Assembly (NCBI GenBank): GCA_950097015.1
Contig: CATNEN010000001.1
Location: 22,816,001 to 22,880,000, forward strand
DNA from: Macrostomum hystrix
Lineage: Eukaryota > Animalia > Platyhelminthes
Length of the DNA stretch: 64,000 nucleotides
Direction of reading: 5' to 3'
Positions 60,001-64,000 of this stretch are shown here, piece after piece. The translations under genes were made by a program, and so were the position numbers. Positions within the stretch are counted from its first letter, which is position 1; each line of letters starts with the position of its first letter. The notes under the pieces were generated by a model. That model made no database searches. It was not told the DNA's origin and saw only the letters and a list, made by a program, of their open reading frames with translations.

Positions 60001-63000
60001 ATCTCTCCTTCACCCATCTCTCACCAATCTATCTCTCCTTCACCCATCTCTCTCCAATCTATCTCTCCTTCACCCATCTCTCACCAATCTATCGCTCCTT
60101 CACACATCTCTCACCAATCTATCTCTCCTTCACCCATCTCTCACCAATCTATCTCTCCTTCACCCATCTCTCACCAATCTATCTCTCCTTCACCCATCTC
60201 TCTCCAATCTATTTCTCCTTCACCCATCTCTCTCCAATCTATCTCTCCTTCACACATCTCTCACCAATCTATTTCTCCTTCACCCATCTCTCTCCAATCT
60301 ATCTCTCCTTCACACATCTCTCACCAATCTATCTCTCCTTCACCCATCTCTCACCAATCTATCGCTCCTTCACACATCTCTCACCAATCTATCTCTCCTT
60401 CACCCATCTCTCACCAATCTATCGCTCCTTCACACATCTCTCACCAATCTATCTCTCCTTCACCCATCTCTCTCCAATCTATCGCTCCTTCACACATCTC
60501 TCACCAATCTATCTCTCCTTCACCCATCTCTCACCAATCTATCTCTCCTTCACCCATCTCTCACCAATCTATCCCTCCTTCACCCATCTCTCTCCAATCT
60601 ATCGCTCCTTCACACATCTCTCACCAATCTATCTCTCCTTCACCCATCTCTCACCAATCTATCGCTCCTTCACACATCTCTCACCAATCTATCTCTCCTT
60701 CACCCATCTCTCTCCAATCTATTTCTCCTTCACACATCTCTCTAATCTATCTCTCCTTCACCCATCTCTCACCAATCTATCTCTCCTTCACCCATCTCTC
60801 ACCAATCTATTTTTCCTTCACCCATCTCTCTCCAATCTATCTCTCCTTCACACATCTCTCACCAATCTATCTCTCCTTCACCCATCTCTCTCCAATCTAT
60901 TTCTCCTTCACACATCTCTCTCCAATCTATCTCTCCTTCACCCATCTCTCACCAATCTATCTCTCCTTCACCCATCTCTCACCAATCTATCTCTCCTTCA
61001 CCCATCTCTCTCCAATCTATCTCTCCTTCACCCATCTCTCACCAATCTATCGCTCCTTCACACATCTATCACCAATCTATCTCTCCTTCACCCATCTCTC
61101 ACCAATCTATCTCTCCTTCACCCATCTCTCTCCAATCTATCTCTCCTTCACCCATCTCTCACCAATCTATCGCTCCTTCACACATCTCTCACCAATCTAT
61201 CTCTCCTTCACCCATCTCTCACCAATCTATCTCTCCTTCACCCATCTCTCACCAATCTATTTCTCCTTCACCCATCTCTCTCCAATCTATCCCTCCTTCA
61301 CCCATCTCTCTCCAATCTATCGCTCCTTCACACATCTCTCACCAATCTATCTCTCCTTCACCCATCTCTCACCAATCTATCGCTCCTTCACACATCTCTC
61401 TCCAGTCTATCTCTCCTTCACCCATCTCTCTCCAATCTATCTCTCCTTCACACATCTCTCACCAATCTATCTCTCCTTCACACATCTCTCACCAATCTAT
61501 CTCTCCTTCACACATCTCTCACCAATCTATCTCTCCTTCACCCATCTCTCTCCAATCTATCTCTCCTTCACACATCTCTCACCAATCTATCTCTCCTTCA
61601 CCCATCTCTCACCAATCTATCGCTCCTTCACACATCTCTCACCAATCTATCTCTCCTTCACTCATCTCTCACCAATCTATCTCTCCTTCACCCATCTCTC
61701 TCCAATCTATCTCTCCTTCACCCATCTCTCACCAATCTATTTCTCCTTCACCCATCTCTCACCAATCTATTTCTCCTTCACACATCTCTCTCCAATCTAT
61801 CTCTCCTTCACCCATCTCTCACCAATCTATCTCTCCTTCACACATCTCTCACCAATCAATCTCTCCTTCACCCATCTCTCTCCAATCTATCTCTCCTTCA
61901 CCCATCTCTCACCAATCTATCGCTCCTTCACACATCTATCACCAATCTATCTCTCCTTCACCCATCTCTCACCAATCTATCTCTCCTTCACCCATCTCTC
62001 TCCAATCTATCGCTCCTTCACACATCTCTCACCAATCTATCTCTCCTTCACCCATCTCTCACCAATCTATCTCTCCTTCACCCATCTCTCACCAATCTAT
62101 CTCTCCTTCACCCATCTCTCACCAATCTATCTCTCCTTCACCCATCTCTCACCAATCTATTTCTCCTTCACCCATCTCTCTCCAATCTATCTCTCCTTCA
62201 CACATCTCTCACCAATCTATCTCTCCTTCACCCATCTCTCACCAATCTATCGCTCCTTCACACATCTCTCACCAATCTATCTCTCCTTCACCCATCTCTC
62301 ACCAATCTATCTCTCCTTCACCCATCTCTCACCAATCTATCTCTCCTTCACCCATCTCTCACCAATCTATCCCTCCTTCACCCATCTCTCTCCAATCTAT
62401 CGCTCCTTCACACATCTCTCACCAATCTATCTCTCCTTCACCCATCTCTCACCAATCTATCTCTCCTTCACCCATCTCTCACCAATCTATCTCTCCTTCA
62501 CCCATCTCTCACCAATCTATCTCTCCTTCACCCATCTCTCACCAATCTATTTCTCCTTCACCCATCTCTCTCCAATCTATCTCTCCTTCACACATCTCTC
62601 ACCAATCTATCTCTCCTTCACCCATCTCTCACCAATCTATCGCTCCTTCACACATCTCTCACCAATCTATCTCTCCTTCACCCATCTCTCACCAATCTAT
62701 CGCTCCTTCACACATCTCTCACCAATCTATCTCTCCTTCACCCATCTCTCACCAATCTATCTCTCCTTCACCCATCTCTCACCAATCTATCCCTCCTTCA
62801 CCCATCTCTCTCCAATCTATCGCTCCTTCACACATCTCTCACCAATCTATCTCTCCTTCACCCATCTCTCACCAATCTATCGCTCCTTCACACATCTCTC
62901 TCCAGTCTATCTCTCCTTCACTCATCTCTCACCAATCTATCTCTCCTTCACCCATCTCTCTCCAATCTATCTCTCCTTCACCCATCTCTCACCAATCTAT

Positions 63001-64000
63001 TTCTCCTTCACCCATCTCTCTCCAATCTATCTCTCCTTCACACATCTCTCACCAATCTATCTCTCCTTCACCCATCTCTCACCAATCTATCTCTCCTTCA
63101 CCCATCTCTCACCAATCTATCTCTCCTTCACCCATCTCTCTCCAATCTATCTCTCCTTCACCCATCTCTCACCAATCTATCGCTCCTTCACACATCTATC
63201 ACCAATCTATCTCTCCTTCACCCATCTCTCACCAATCTATCTCTCCTTCACCCATCTCTCTCCAATCTATCTCTCCTTCACCCATCTCTCACCAATCTAT
63301 CGCTCCTTCACACATCTCTCACCAATCTATCTCTCCTTCACCCATCTCTCACCAATCTATCTCTCCTTCACCCATCTCTCACCAATCTATCTCTCCTTCA
63401 CCCATCTCTCTCCAATCTATTTCTCCTTCACCCATCTCTCTCCAATCTATCTCTCCTTCACACATCTCTCACCAATCTATTTCTCCTTCACCCATCTCTC
63501 TCCAATCTATCTCTCCTTCACACATCTCTCACCAATCTATCTCTCCTTCACCCATCTCTCACCAATCTATCGCTCCTTCACACATCTCTCACCAATCTAT
63601 CTCTCCTTCACCCATCTCTCACCAATCTATCGCTCCTTCACACATCTCTCACCAATCTATCTCTCCTTCACCCATCTCTCTCCAATCTATCGCTCCTTCA
63701 CACATCTCTCACCAATCTATCTCTCCTTCACCCATCTCTCACCAATCTATCTCTCCTTCACCCATCTCTCACCAATCTATCCCTCCTTCACCCATCTCTC
63801 TCCAATCTATCGCTCCTTCACACATCTCTCACCAATCTATCTCTCCTTCACCCATCTCTCACCAATCTATCGCTCCTTCACACATCTCTCACCAATCTAT
63901 CTCTCCTTCACCCATCTCTCTCCAATCTATCTCTCCTTCACACATCTCTCTCCAATCTATCTCTCCTTCACCCATCTCTCACCAATCTATCTCTCCTTCA
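57050..64000. repeat. 30-bp pyrimidine-rich satellite (TCACCCATCTCTCACCAATCTATCTCTCCT), ~7 kb, runs off the window end
   Basis: Tandem array with internal higher-order duplications. Confidence 0.98.

Noticed and set aside
57038-60745. 1235-aa LRR-looking ORF (SLTNLSLLHP)n
   Set aside because: Stop-free frame of a 30-bp satellite; non-ATG start, no unique domains, and a frameshift mid-array.

Overview
Eukaryotic, intron-containing animal genomic DNA. GC-rich exons with poly-Gln tracts, AT-rich intergenic DNA and minisatellites in most large introns are reminiscent of the flatworm Macrostomum; the organism is inferred, not shown. Genes in order: 3' exons of a Cys-loop ligand-gated anion channel; NDUFAF4; an intronless ankyrin-repeat gene; a convergent paralog with near-identical 72-aa ankyrin units fused to a MAP3K-like kinase; a divergent beta-tubulin; a RADIL-like RA-FHA-DIL-PDZ gene with an in-frame TAA; IQCH; a Na/K-ATPase beta-like gene; and a PAN + C-type lectin gene. 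Mobile DNA: an apparently intact LOA-like non-LTR retrotransposon with ~98-bp 5' monomers, a solo LTR plus an inverted LTR with a tRNA-Lys PBS, a P-like MITE with an 8-bp TSD, CORE-like SINEs, palindromic MITEs, and more than 10 unrelated satellites. The best candidate for a novel system is the ankyrin-kinase: its 216-bp repeats are homogenised except at the ankyrin ligand-binding positions (a 'natural DARPin' sensor-kinase), and it sits beside a kinase-less paralog.
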